64,000 bases of DNA from positions 32,001-96,000 of the IMG/VR virus record IMGVR_UViG_3300010429_000387; one strand, written 5' to 3'. Positions 45,872 through 56,758 of this stretch are shown here, piece after piece. The stretch's first letter is position 1. Each line of letters begins with the position of its first letter. This DNA comes from a virus (taxonomy: Duplodnaviria > Caudoviricetes). The notes below the pieces were generated by a model, which worked only from the letters and a program-made list of their open reading frames with translations, ran no database searches and was not told where the DNA came from. The position numbers and the translations under genes were made by a program.

Positions 45872-46077
45872 TCGGGACGAGACAGGACTTCGGTCCTGTT
45901 GGCGAAGGGGCACCAATCAGTTGGCGTGGAGACACGCTGGAACGGAATCGGGCTAGCGAAGGCTTCCTAAGGCACTCAGTTCCTCGACCAGGCGTCATGC
46001 CGGGATGAAGAGGCAGCCACCGAGCTTATTCGTTTTCACCCGGAGCCACATCTTGCTCCTGTTTCCCTTCGCCTTTT

Positions 46078-46109
46078 CGGGGGCTCTCAGTGAAAGCTGG
46101 GAGCCCCCG
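46078..46109. terminator. hairpin between convergent genes
   Basis: GGGGGCTCTCAG-TGAAAG-CTGGGAGCCCCC. Confidence 0.55.
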
Positions 46110-46117
46110 TTCCCTAT

Positions 46118-46747
46118 CTACTCGCCCTTCTTGATGATCTGGATTGAGTCCAGGATCCGGTTGACCGTGTAACCACAGTCCTTGAGATCGTACTTCCGAC
46201 GGGTGATGATGTCTTCGTTGGCGAGGGGGTCATCCTTGGCAAGGGCTGCGATCATCTCGGCTGCCTTCAGGTTCTCCCGAGCCATCTCGACCAGCTCGGA
46301 AGCAGCCTCCTTGATCTCACCCATCTCCTTCGAGTAGTCCCCACCCATGGCCTTCATGAGGTCATCCAGGACGCTCTGGGGGATGTACTTGGAGGGGCTC
46401 TTGAAGTCCTCCAGGGAGAGTCCCTCGACTCTGTGGAAGCCGACTCCCCGCTGACCCTTGTTGGCCGTGGTCCGGACGCTGTAGCTTCCAGCTCGGTCTT
46501 CCCAGGCCACATGAATCTCTACCGAACACTGGGTACCTCGGTTTTCATCCCGGTAGGCGAACCAGCGGTAGTCCACCGTATTGTACCACTCCTTGACGAA
46601 GGTCGAGGGGTCAAACTTCATCCCCGTCTTGTCGGAGAGGTACTTGGCGATGATGGCTTTCCCACGTCCCATCAAGCGATTCAATGCAGAGACGTTGGGG
46701 TTCTTCGGCCCGGATGCGGCGGTCACGGTTCGGTCATAGTCGTGCAT
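46118..46747 (-). CDS. hypothetical protein
   Basis: GAGGA SD; 209 aa. Confidence 0.6.
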   Translation of the reverse strand: MHDYDRTVTAASGPKNPNVSALNRLMGRGKAIIAKYLSDKTGMKFDPSTFVKEWYNTVDYRWFAYRDENRGTQCSVEIHVAWEDRAGSYSVRTTANKGQRGVGFHRVEGLSLEDFKSPSKYIPQSVLDDLMKAMGGDYSKEMGEIKEAASELVEMARENLKAAEMIAALAKDDPLANEDIITRRKYDLKDCGYTVNRILDSIQIIKKGE

Positions 46748-46787
46748 TGCTGGTCCTCTTCGTCGGGCTTTCAACAAGAAGATTTTC

Positions 46788-46864
46788 GCTCAGGTGGTGG
46801 AATCGGCAGACACGCTGGTCTCAAAAACCAGTGCCCTTGTGGCGTGAGGGTCCCTCCCTGAGCA
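46788..46864 (+). pseudogene. tRNA-Leu(CAA) lacking the T loop
   Basis: GAGGG-T-CCCTC in place of GAGGG-TTCGANT-CCCTC. Confidence 0.75.
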
Positions 46865-46907
46865 CAAAGTTGGTTGAAGGGTCTTTCACCCCGGTGTACA
46901 GTAGGGA

Positions 46908-46973
46908 GGCCCTTGAATGAACTGTGGAACTACATCGCAAACGTTCGTTTCACAAAACGCCTTGTCATGGGCC
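46908..46973 (+). ncRNA. Y RNA-like copy 13 (minimal), directly upstream of tmRNA
   Basis: GGCCCTTGAATG..TGTGGAACTACA..GTTTCACA..CTTGTCATGGGCC. Confidence 0.72.
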
Positions 46974-46985
46974 GCTTTCAACTAA

Positions 46986-47337
46986 GGGGACGACAGGTTT
47001 CGACGGGGTACTGAAAGAATTTCCTGCGTGTAGGCGGCTCTCGACCCGCCTCGACCAATCGAGAAAAACACAAGTGCCAACGACAATAGCACTGCTTTCA
47101 CCGCCAAGGCGGCCTGATAGCCGATCCAACCCCAGGTAGTCCTAGTAGGGATACGGGTCGTCAACCACAAGGGCTGGTCTTCTCCTCGGGCTTCCGGGGG
47201 AGTGGACGAGATAGACAGGGAGATAGGTCGCTGGCCGAATCCACGAACCCCGCCGGGAGGGTAGACCGGCTACACACGTAAACGAAGGAATTTCATAGGT
47301 ATCTCGGACCCGAGTTCGATTCTCGGCGTCTCCACCA
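46986..47337 (+). ncRNA. ssrA: tmRNA
   Basis: GGGGACGACAGGTTTCGAC; tag ANDNSTAFTAKAA* (47076-47117); T arm and CGTCTCCACCA; G3.U70. Confidence 0.95.
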
Positions 47338-47455
47338 AGTTTCCGGCACATCAGCCGTCTTGGCGGACCCCCAAGCAAAGGCTCTGGAGGTCCCACTCAT
47401 GGGACCCTCTTAGGAGAGACAAGAACCATGAGAAAGAGAAGACGAAGGTGATGCC

Positions 47456-48019
47456 ATGGAGACCCGAACACTGCTTCTGAATTCTTGGGGCCTGCCCCAC
47501 GCAATCCTCGACTGGTACGACGCTATCTGCTTGGTCTACCAGGAGAAGGTGGTTGTCATGGAGGAGTACGATCAGACCGTCAGCTCCCCCTCAACCACGT
47601 ACTTCATTCCGGCTGTCATGCAGCTCAAGAAGTCCGTTGCGAGTGTGAAGAAGGGTGTGAAGTTCTCCCGGATCAACATCTTCTCTCGTGACGGGTTCAA
47701 GTGCCAATACTGTGGCGAGCGGAAGGTCATGCGTGAGTTGAACTACGACCACGTCATCCCCCGCAAGCAAGGTGGCAAGACCAACTGGGAGAACATCGTC
47801 ACCTGCTGCTACGGCTGCAATGAGCGGAAGGGCGGGAGGACTCCCGAGCAGGCTGGAATGCACCTTCTTCGGAAGCCAGCCAAGCCCCACTCTCTCCCCC
47901 TTCATGCGGTCTTCATAGACGGCAGCAAGGTACCCTCGGCTTGGGCTCCCTACCTGGACTGGGCCAAGGCTCAGCCTCACGGAACGGGATTCTACCTCGT
48001 AGGTGCTAGTGCCGCCTGA
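47456..48019 (+). CDS. HNH endonuclease (McrA-like)
   Basis: FSRINIFSRD..CQYCG, DHVIP..GG.TNWENIV.CC..CN..KG. Confidence 0.9.
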   Translation: METRTLLLNSWGLPHAILDWYDAICLVYQEKVVVMEEYDQTVSSPSTTYFIPAVMQLKKSVASVKKGVKFSRINIFSRDGFKCQYCGERKVMRELNYDHVIPRKQGGKTNWENIVTCCYGCNERKGGRTPEQAGMHLLRKPAKPHSLPLHAVFIDGSKVPSAWAPYLDWAKAQPHGTGFYLVGASAA

Positions 48020-48087
48020 CTGGAAGATGGGGACTCGAAGTGAGTCTCCATCTTTTCCTCTTCTATCTCGGGTAGTTAGGTCCCGAG

Positions 48088-48285
48088 ATGAAAACCAAGA
48101 GAGCCACCATCGAGGTTGCCATGTCCGATGTGACGTGCGTCGAGTGTGGTACTCGGATCGTCAAGGGTCGGACCTTCACCCTTCTTCAAGCAGACCACCA
48201 GAGCCCGGAACAGGAACCCTACTGCATGGGGTGCCTGAATCGGCACATTGTCATGGCCCTCGAACTTTTCTTGGTCGAGAGGTAG
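48088..48285 (+). CDS. small zinc-ribbon protein
   Basis: CVEC..CMGC. Confidence 0.45.
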   Translation: MKTKRATIEVAMSDVTCVECGTRIVKGRTFTLLQADHQSPEQEPYCMGCLNRHIVMALELFLVER

Positions 48286-48467
48286 CGGTTCTGGTGTAGT
48301 AGGACTTGGGACTGCGCTTCGGCTTGAGTCCCTGCTGTAAATGGCGGAGCCGCACCCACAAGGTTTGGGCAAAGTCACGGACGTAACGGAAACCTGTTGG
48401 GATTTGAGAGGGTTCTGTCCAACCTCTACATCCTAGCAACAACTCCCACGTTAGTGATGGTGTGTCC

Positions 48468-50000
48468 ATGCCTATGCAAATCAAGCCCCAGTTCACGTTC
48501 GAGCAGGTTCGTTTCGACCAGGAGAACCCCGTCCACCTCGTCTTGAGTGTGGAGGCCCCTAAGAGCGACTGGCAACAGAACCGCCCCCCTCTTTGCCTCA
48601 TCCCCGTTCTCGACATCTCTGGGTCGATGTCGGGACCCAAGCTCGACTACGCCAAGAAGAGCCTCTTGAAGCTGGTGGAGCATCTCTCGGCTGATGACTT
48701 CTTCGGGCTGGTGAGCTTCAGCTCCAATGCTCGGGTGGACTTCGAGCCTGGGAAGATGACTCCTGAGCGCAAGGAGCAGGCTCGGGCGATCATCGGGAAG
48801 TACCACACGGAAGGGTCCACCAACTTCTCTGGTGGGATGCTCCTGGGTCTCCAGCTTGCCAACAAGCTCGACCTGCCCGAGGCCACCCTGGTCCGGGTCA
48901 TCATGTTCACCGACGGCCAGCCCACCCATGGGGTGACCGATCAGAAGGGCCTCTGTGACCTTCTGGGGAAGCAATCTGGTCGAGCCTCCGTGTCGGCCTT
49001 CGGGTACGGCGAGGATGCCTGCCAGGAGCTTCTTCTTGAGTTGTCCTCTGCGGGCAAGGGAAACTATGCCTTCGTCAAGGACCCCGATGCTGCTTTGGCT
49101 GCCTTCGGGAAAGAACTCGGTGGTCTTCTGAGCACCTACGCTCAGGATGTGGTCATCGAGCTTGCCCCTCATCACGGGCATCAGATCGTTGAGGTCCTGT
49201 CCGATGCCGATGTGGAGGAGGAGACCACGGGTGAGGTCCGGATCAAGGTACCTCATCTTCTGTCCGAGGAGACTCTGAGCCTCGTCCTGTCCGTCAAGCT
49301 GGCGGCTCAGAAGCAGCCTGGCCCCCGCCAGGTCAATGCCTTCGATGCCAAGCTGACCTACCAGGTCCTCACGGCTGAAGGGAAGCTCGAAGCTCGAACC
49401 GATGAGGCCAAGGCCAAGGTTCAGTTCGTCAAGCCGGGTGAGGAGCAGGTCAAGCCCACTCCGGCAGTGGACGAGATCGTGGCCCGAGCCCAGCTCGTGA
49501 AGGCACAGATCGAAGCTGAGGCGGCTGCCAAGCGAGGGGACTACAAGACTGCTGGAGCGGTCTTCAAGGGTCTCAACTTGGCTGACCGAGGTCATGTTGG
49601 GGTGGCAGCAGTAGCCGACCACGTTCAGCACCTCTATGCCTCCCCGGCCTCCTTCAACGCTTCGGCTGGGAACCGGATCGGAATGCGTCGGGCGATGACC
49701 CGTGGAGTTGGGGCTTCGGCCTTGGCTGCTGAGGATGAGGCAGTGCTCGGCTTCGCCGGGTACACAGTCTCGAACCAGGTCCAGGCAGAGACCGCCCAGC
49801 GCTTCTCTGGTGGGGATCAGGTCGCTCCGGTTGACCTTGGGGTGGGTACCTCAAGTTCAACCCCAACCCCTGACCCAGTCGGGAACCCGCTTCTCTTCGT
49901 ACCGGCTGTGGTTACGTTGCCCCCGGATCAAGTTTCTCCGGTTCCGTCCGCCGAACCGGAGAAGCCTCGGCTTGCAAAGAGCCGAAGCCAGCGATGGTGA
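48468..50000 (+). CDS. vWA domain protein (YfbK/CLCA-like)
   Basis: VLDISGSM, GSTNF, MFTDG, SAFGYG. Confidence 0.88.
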   Translation: MPMQIKPQFTFEQVRFDQENPVHLVLSVEAPKSDWQQNRPPLCLIPVLDISGSMSGPKLDYAKKSLLKLVEHLSADDFFGLVSFSSNARVDFEPGKMTPERKEQARAIIGKYHTEGSTNFSGGMLLGLQLANKLDLPEATLVRVIMFTDGQPTHGVTDQKGLCDLLGKQSGRASVSAFGYGEDACQELLLELSSAGKGNYAFVKDPDAALAAFGKELGGLLSTYAQDVVIELAPHHGHQIVEVLSDADVEEETTGEVRIKVPHLLSEETLSLVLSVKLAAQKQPGPRQVNAFDAKLTYQVLTAEGKLEARTDEAKAKVQFVKPGEEQVKPTPAVDEIVARAQLVKAQIEAEAAAKRGDYKTAGAVFKGLNLADRGHVGVAAVADHVQHLYASPASFNASAGNRIGMRRAMTRGVGASALAAEDEAVLGFAGYTVSNQVQAETAQRFSGGDQVAPVDLGVGTSSSTPTPDPVGNPLLFVPAVVTLPPDQVSPVPSAEPEKPRLAKSRSQRW

Positions 50001-50029
50001 GCCCAACACCCAGATGTAGATGAAGCAGG

Positions 50030-50055
50030 AGCCCGGCCACAAGCCGGGCTTTCTG
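50030..50055 (+). terminator. intrinsic terminator
   Basis: GCCCGGC-CACAA-GCCGGGC-TTTCT. Confidence 0.6.
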
Positions 50056-50078
50056 CGCTTCTGGTGTAACTGCTGGGC

Positions 50079-50642
50079 ATGAAGAACAATGAAATCTATG
50101 TCTCCACCGATGTGGAGACTGATGGGCCGATCCCCGGCCCGAACTCAATGCTGAGCCTGGGGGCTGCTGCCTACCGGGCCGACAAGACCCTGGTAAGCAC
50201 CTTCTCGGTCAACCTGGAGACCCTTCCTGGGGCCTCTGGCAACCCCGAGACGATGGCTTGGTGGGCTGGACGACCCCACCAGTGGGCGGAGTGCCGGAAG
50301 GAGCCCAAGGGGGCGAAGGAGGCCATGACGGCCTATGTCGAGTGGGTCGAGAAGCTGGGGGGCACCCCGGTCTTCGTCGGGTACCCGGCAACCTTCGACT
50401 TCCTTTTTGTGTACTGGTACATGATCAACTTTGTGGGGAGAAGCCCCTTCAGCTTCTCCGCCCTCGACATCAAGAGCTACACGATGGCAGTCCTCAAGAC
50501 CCCCTTTCGAGGGAGTACCAAGAGGAACATGCCAGGGAAGTGGTTTCAGGGTCTCCCGAAGCACACTCACGTTGCATTGGACGACGCCATCGAGCAAGGA
50601 GCCCTGTTCTGCAACATCCTTGCGGACAATCTTGGAAGGTAA
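50079..50642 (+). CDS. DEDDh 3'-5' exoribonuclease (Rv2179c-like)
   Basis: [19 protein letters not shown]. Confidence 0.85.
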   Translation: MKNNEIYVSTDVETDGPIPGPNSMLSLGAAAYRADKTLVSTFSVNLETLPGASGNPETMAWWAGRPHQWAECRKEPKGAKEAMTAYVEWVEKLGGTPVFVGYPATFDFLFVYWYMINFVGRSPFSFSALDIKSYTMAVLKTPFRGSTKRNMPGKWFQGLPKHTHVALDDAIEQGALFCNILADNLGR

Positions 50643-50723
50643 ACCTGCCTCGGGGTGGGCGCCGCCTTGAAAGCGGATGGGTGGTGATGAGCCACTGGGG
50701 TTCGAGTCCTCTGCCTTCCGCCA
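50634..50723 (+). tRNA. tRNA-Ser(TGA), 8/4 type
   Basis: GGAAGGTA/TGCCTTCC, ends GCCA; D arm CCTGCC-TCGG-GGTGGG; loop CTTGAAA. Confidence 0.8.
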
Positions 50724-50968
50724 TGCACATCAAGCCAGGCATCTGTGGGATCTGTGGTGTGGCCGTGGTTCAACCTGAGTCAGAGGACCCTGGTTGGCAC
50801 AACGGCCACCTCTTTGAGCGAAAGCTCAAGCCAAATCAAACGAAGTTCACCGAGCTGGTCTTGGTGCGGGTTCGTTGTATGGCGCACAAGGAGTCCGGGG
50901 ACCCCCGGTACTACGACCGAGACGGGAACGTTCGGGATGATCGATGGCCTGGTGAACTCGTTTGCTAG
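50723..50968 (+). CDS. hypothetical protein
   Basis: MHIKPGICGICG.. Confidence 0.4.
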   Translation: MHIKPGICGICGVAVVQPESEDPGWHNGHLFERKLKPNQTKFTELVLVRVRCMAHKESGDPRYYDRDGNVRDDRWPGELVC

Positions 50969-51022
50969 CCCTACTTCATTACGGTCAGTCAGGTTGTCCT
51001 TTTGGGGTATTAACCCCAACCA

Positions 51023-53076
<2,054 letters not shown>

Positions 53077-53116
53077 AAACTTGGCCCCTCCTTCTTCTTC
53101 GGGTGATGCTGGCGGC

Positions 53117-53305
53117 ATGGAACCAGTTCATCCTCAGTTCAAGGAGGGGTTGACCCTCGGGCTCTTCTTCGGGGTTGTGCTCTTCGGCCTCTTCTGCATC
53201 GCCCTTCAAACGTTCAACTCTTGGTACGATTCCAGTTATCGCCCCGACAAGGTGTGGACCAGAGGCTCAGCTTCATGCCGGGGAAGCACCGTCCCCACCG
53301 AATGA
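53117..53305 (+). CDS. small membrane protein
   Basis: single TM helix. Confidence 0.4.
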   Translation: MEPVHPQFKEGLTLGLFFGVVLFGLFCIALQTFNSWYDSSYRPDKVWTRGSASCRGSTVPTE

Positions 53306-53649
53306 CCCAGAATGAAACCCCTGATCTCACCAGGGCAATCATGGGGGTCATCCGTGGGCAGGCTTCTTGTGAGAGGGGTTATGCCCGAGACTTGCCCTAC
53401 GTTTGGCTCCACGGTGAGAATGGGATCAACATCGTGGTCCGGGCCGATGACTGGGCAAAGGTCATCCCCTACCTTCGGGATGGGTCCTTTGACCCGACCA
53501 TCGTCCCTGTGGCGAGGCAAGTGGTGTTGAACCCCCCAATTCGGTTCGATGGGGCTCTTCTGGACCAGAATGACCAGGAACTCTACGACCGGATCAAGAA
53601 CGTTCTGGACTCGCTGTTTCCCGTCAAGTTCCCTGACGGGCAGATATAG
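53302..53649 (+). CDS. hypothetical protein
   Basis: ATGA-coupled ORF. Confidence 0.5.
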   Translation: MTQNETPDLTRAIMGVIRGQASCERGYARDLPYVWLHGENGINIVVRADDWAKVIPYLRDGSFDPTIVPVARQVVLNPPIRFDGALLDQNDQELYDRIKNVLDSLFPVKFPDGQI

Positions 53650-53654
53650 AGGAG

Positions 53655-53897
53655 ATGAAAACCATGGCAAACTTCGACCCCGCTGGCACCACTCCAGGTC
53701 TCTCAGGCACTTCAGAGCCTCAGCCCAAGATTCACCACATGAAGTGCAGAGACGAAGGGTGCCCTTCTTTGCAAGCTATCGAGATCACGCCACCGGTCAG
53801 CAGGGAAAACGCTGGTGCCCCCCATCACCGCACCTACCAGTGCCTACGTTGTAAGCACACTTGGACCATGTCTGTCGGCGGATTTGTGAACCTGTGA
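53655..53897 (+). CDS. small Zn-ribbon protein
   Basis: MKC..C..YQCLRCKHTW; GAGGAG SD. Confidence 0.55.
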   Translation: MKTMANFDPAGTTPGLSGTSEPQPKIHHMKCRDEGCPSLQAIEITPPVSRENAGAPHHRTYQCLRCKHTWTMSVGGFVNL

Positions 53898-53910
53898 GGC
53901 GGTAGTCTCC

Positions 53911-54621
53911 TTGTCCGAACCACCCAGGGTGGTGCTCATGGACACTGAAGACTTGCGTGCCTTTGAGGGGGACACCCGGAACCAAGTTCCGGGCTTCCAA
54001 GTCGCTTGGAAGACTGATTCCTGGTTGCAGAAAGCCATCGGGCTCTTGCTCCGGGCCTTCAACCCAAGCTACCTCACCAACTTCATCACGACCTTCTACC
54101 CAAAGGTCTACTTTCCCTCCAAGCTGGACTACGAGCGGTCTCCCTCTAGTTCGTTCATTGTTCTTGCTCATGAGCGGGTTCATCTGCTGGATACTCAAGC
54201 CAGTCCAGTATGGTTCCGTGTTTCGTACCTTCTCCCTCAGCTCTTCTTCATCCCCTTCGTGGTTGCTGGGATTGTCACGGCCTTCTTCTCCTGGTGGGCC
54301 GCCTGCATCCTCTTCTTCGTGGGTCTCCTATGCCTAGGCCCCTGGCCTAGCCCCTGGAGGACCCACTGGGAAAAAAGGGGTTACGCCATGACCCTGGCGG
54401 TGTCCTACTGGGCCACAGGGTCTCTTCCTGTTGGTCTTGGGAAGAGTGTTACCAGCCATTTCACTGGCTGGGACTACTATCGGATGTCGTGGAGTGACCG
54501 GGACATGCAGCTCTGGTTGATGGAGACGGCTCAGTCGGTACGTGACGGTACCCTCGTGAAAGACCATGTTTACGCAGATGTTCTGGCCTTCATGCGCCGT
54601 AGGGGTCTGGTGAAAATATGA
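53911..54621 (+). CDS. membrane protein with HExxH motif
   Basis: LAHERVH, two TM helices, WEKRGY. Confidence 0.6.
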   Translation: MSEPPRVVLMDTEDLRAFEGDTRNQVPGFQVAWKTDSWLQKAIGLLLRAFNPSYLTNFITTFYPKVYFPSKLDYERSPSSSFIVLAHERVHLLDTQASPVWFRVSYLLPQLFFIPFVVAGIVTAFFSWWAACILFFVGLLCLGPWPSPWRTHWEKRGYAMTLAVSYWATGSLPVGLGKSVTSHFTGWDYYRMSWSDRDMQLWLMETAQSVRDGTLVKDHVYADVLAFMRRRGLVKI

Positions 54622-54815
54622 CCGATCCCAGCATGGGGACTATGCGGTGTACTCGTAGCGGTTGTACCGGAACTCTCGGTGCGAGTGGGCAGGAGGTAAC
54701 TCGACTGGTCTGTGCCAAGTGCGGGCAGAACTACCAGCTAGTTGTCTTCTTGAAGCCCATCCCACCGAAGGAATCCGAAAACCTCCTACCGCTACCGGTG
54801 ACCAGTGCTGGATGA
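54618..54815 (+). CDS. small Zn-ribbon protein
   Basis: C..C..CAKC. Confidence 0.45.
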   Translation: MTDPSMGTMRCTRSGCTGTLGASGQEVTRLVCAKCGQNYQLVVFLKPIPPKESENLLPLPVTSAG

Positions 54816-55755
54816 TGTAATCGGACAAGACCAGGCAGTTCGCTACCTTCGAGAGGTAGTGACTGGTCGTGTTCAGAACCCTCTCCTTCTAGTGGGGGAG
54901 GAGGGTACTGGACGAAAGTTCGCAGTCATCGAGACGATCAAGGAAGTCGTTGCCTCGAAGAAGGGTCCCTCTAGTCCGGATGTAGTCCAGGTGGCGCAAG
55001 GTGCCCACCCTGATGTGATGGTTGTGGCACCCCAAGCAGACAAGGAGCTTGGGGTGGATCCCATCCGAGAACTGGTCTCAAGGGCTGGGAATCACCCTAT
55101 TTCAGCTCCGTGTCGTTTCTTTCTTGTGGATGGGGCAGACCGGATGACACCTGCTGCTGCCAATGCCATTCTCAAGACCCTAGAGGAGCCCCACGCTCAG
55201 GCCCGCTTCTTTCTACTGGCTGAGTCGTTCGACCGTGTGATTCCTACCATCCGGTCGAGATGCGGAAGGGTCAACTTCAGGAAGCTCCCTGAATCCTTCA
55301 TTGTCTCGAAACTCAGCCGGTTCGAGAGTAATCCCGGTAAAGCCCTTGTCTACGCCCGTATGGGAGAAGGCTCGATAGGTCGAGCTACTCGGTACTGGGG
55401 ATCAGGCCGACTTTCCATCAGGGATCGTGTATTCAACATGCTTCAACTGGGAGTGCAGGGAGACCTGTCATCTGCTTTTTCTGTAGTGGATGAACTGAGC
55501 AAGGATCTCCCACTGGCCCTTCGGTTCCTGATTTTCCTAGTGCATGACGTTATGATCTCTGGAATCGACCCTCAGCGAGTCATCAACCAAGACCTAGAAG
55601 AAGACCTTTCAACCATGAGGGTACGAGCAGGGACAACCTTCATCCCCAACCTGTGGGTGGAACTCAAACTCGTACACGAGCGGTTCGAGTCCTCTTACGT
55701 CAACCTCGCATTCCAGCTCAAGACAGCCCTGGCAACTGCCACACTTGGCGGGTGA
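54805..55755 (+). CDS. holB: DNA polymerase III clamp loader subunit delta-prime
   Basis: DDVIGQ, G.EGTGR, HPD, ADRMT..AANAILKTLEEP, PTIRSRC. Confidence 0.9.
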   Translation: MLDDVIGQDQAVRYLREVVTGRVQNPLLLVGEEGTGRKFAVIETIKEVVASKKGPSSPDVVQVAQGAHPDVMVVAPQADKELGVDPIRELVSRAGNHPISAPCRFFLVDGADRMTPAAANAILKTLEEPHAQARFFLLAESFDRVIPTIRSRCGRVNFRKLPESFIVSKLSRFESNPGKALVYARMGEGSIGRATRYWGSGRLSIRDRVFNMLQLGVQGDLSSAFSVVDELSKDLPLALRFLIFLVHDVMISGIDPQRVINQDLEEDLSTMRVRAGTTFIPNLWVELKLVHERFESSYVNLAFQLKTALATATLGG

Positions 55756-55762
55756 TTGACCT

Positions 55763-56743
55763 ATGGGGTACCGGTACACCACGCCTATAGTTGTGTCTTT
55801 CGGGGAGGAGACCTTCTTCCTCGACCGGGACTTCAACTCCTTCAGAGACCAGCCCAAGGCGTTGGTGACCGTACTGGATGGGGCTGAGGTTTCCGAGGCT
55901 GAGGTTGTCTCCGTCTGTGAGACTTTCCAGGTGGACTTTGAGGACCCCTCCAACATCAAGCCTCGGGTCATTGTGGTGGATAACGCCCACAAGCTCAAGC
56001 CGGAGAAGTTGGTCAAGGCTTACGTCGATAGTCGTGAATCTTCAGATACTTCTGCTGTTTTGGCTCTTGTTCACAGGTCTGACAAGTGCCCGGCCTTCTG
56101 GACGAAGTTCGGGAACAAGGTGACTCTCCGTGAGCACAAGAAGCTCAAGACCTGGGACAACAACAACGAGGTTGTGAAGTGGATTCAGGCTGAGGCTGAG
56201 AGAATCGGGCTCAACTTGGATGGGAAGATCGCCCTGGCTATGTTCCAGGTTGCCGGGGACGACCTTTATGTACTCTTCAGTGAGCTGCGAAAGCTCAGAC
56301 TCCTTGTTGGGGCCAAGAACCCCGTCAAGGTCGAGCATCTTCAGCTTATCATGACCCCAGCTTCTACGGTGGCTCCGTGGGATGTGGCTGACGCTGCGTT
56401 CACCAAGAACAAGCGAAAAGCCATGAACGCACTGACATCACTGTACAAGTTTGCGTCAGATGATCCTTCCCTTCAAGTCTTGGGCGCCCTCATGAAGAGT
56501 GCTGAACGGCTCTTTGTGGCTCGATCCATGATGGATAAGGGGGCTGGTGCGGAGGAAGTGGCTGCCCGTTTGGGGGTTCATCCATACCGATACCAGATGG
56601 CGCTTCAACCCCAGGTCGAGAAACAGACGACCATGGGGCTGATGCGGACAATGCAGATACTATCCAGATTGGATGTAGAGCTGAAGCGGACAAGCCACAG
56701 GCGGACCCTGGTGGAGTTGGCCGTCCTCAACCTCGCCACTTGA
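55763..56743 (+). CDS. holA: DNA polymerase III clamp loader subunit delta
   Basis: FGEETFF, GDDL..L..EL.KL.L, LGVHPY, LD.ELK. Confidence 0.8.
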   Translation: MGYRYTTPIVVSFGEETFFLDRDFNSFRDQPKALVTVLDGAEVSEAEVVSVCETFQVDFEDPSNIKPRVIVVDNAHKLKPEKLVKAYVDSRESSDTSAVLALVHRSDKCPAFWTKFGNKVTLREHKKLKTWDNNNEVVKWIQAEAERIGLNLDGKIALAMFQVAGDDLYVLFSELRKLRLLVGAKNPVKVEHLQLIMTPASTVAPWDVADAAFTKNKRKAMNALTSLYKFASDDPSLQVLGALMKSAERLFVARSMMDKGAGAEEVAARLGVHPYRYQMALQPQVEKQTTMGLMRTMQILSRLDVELKRTSHRRTLVELAVLNLAT

Positions 56744-56758
56744 AGGAGTTGGGCTCCA

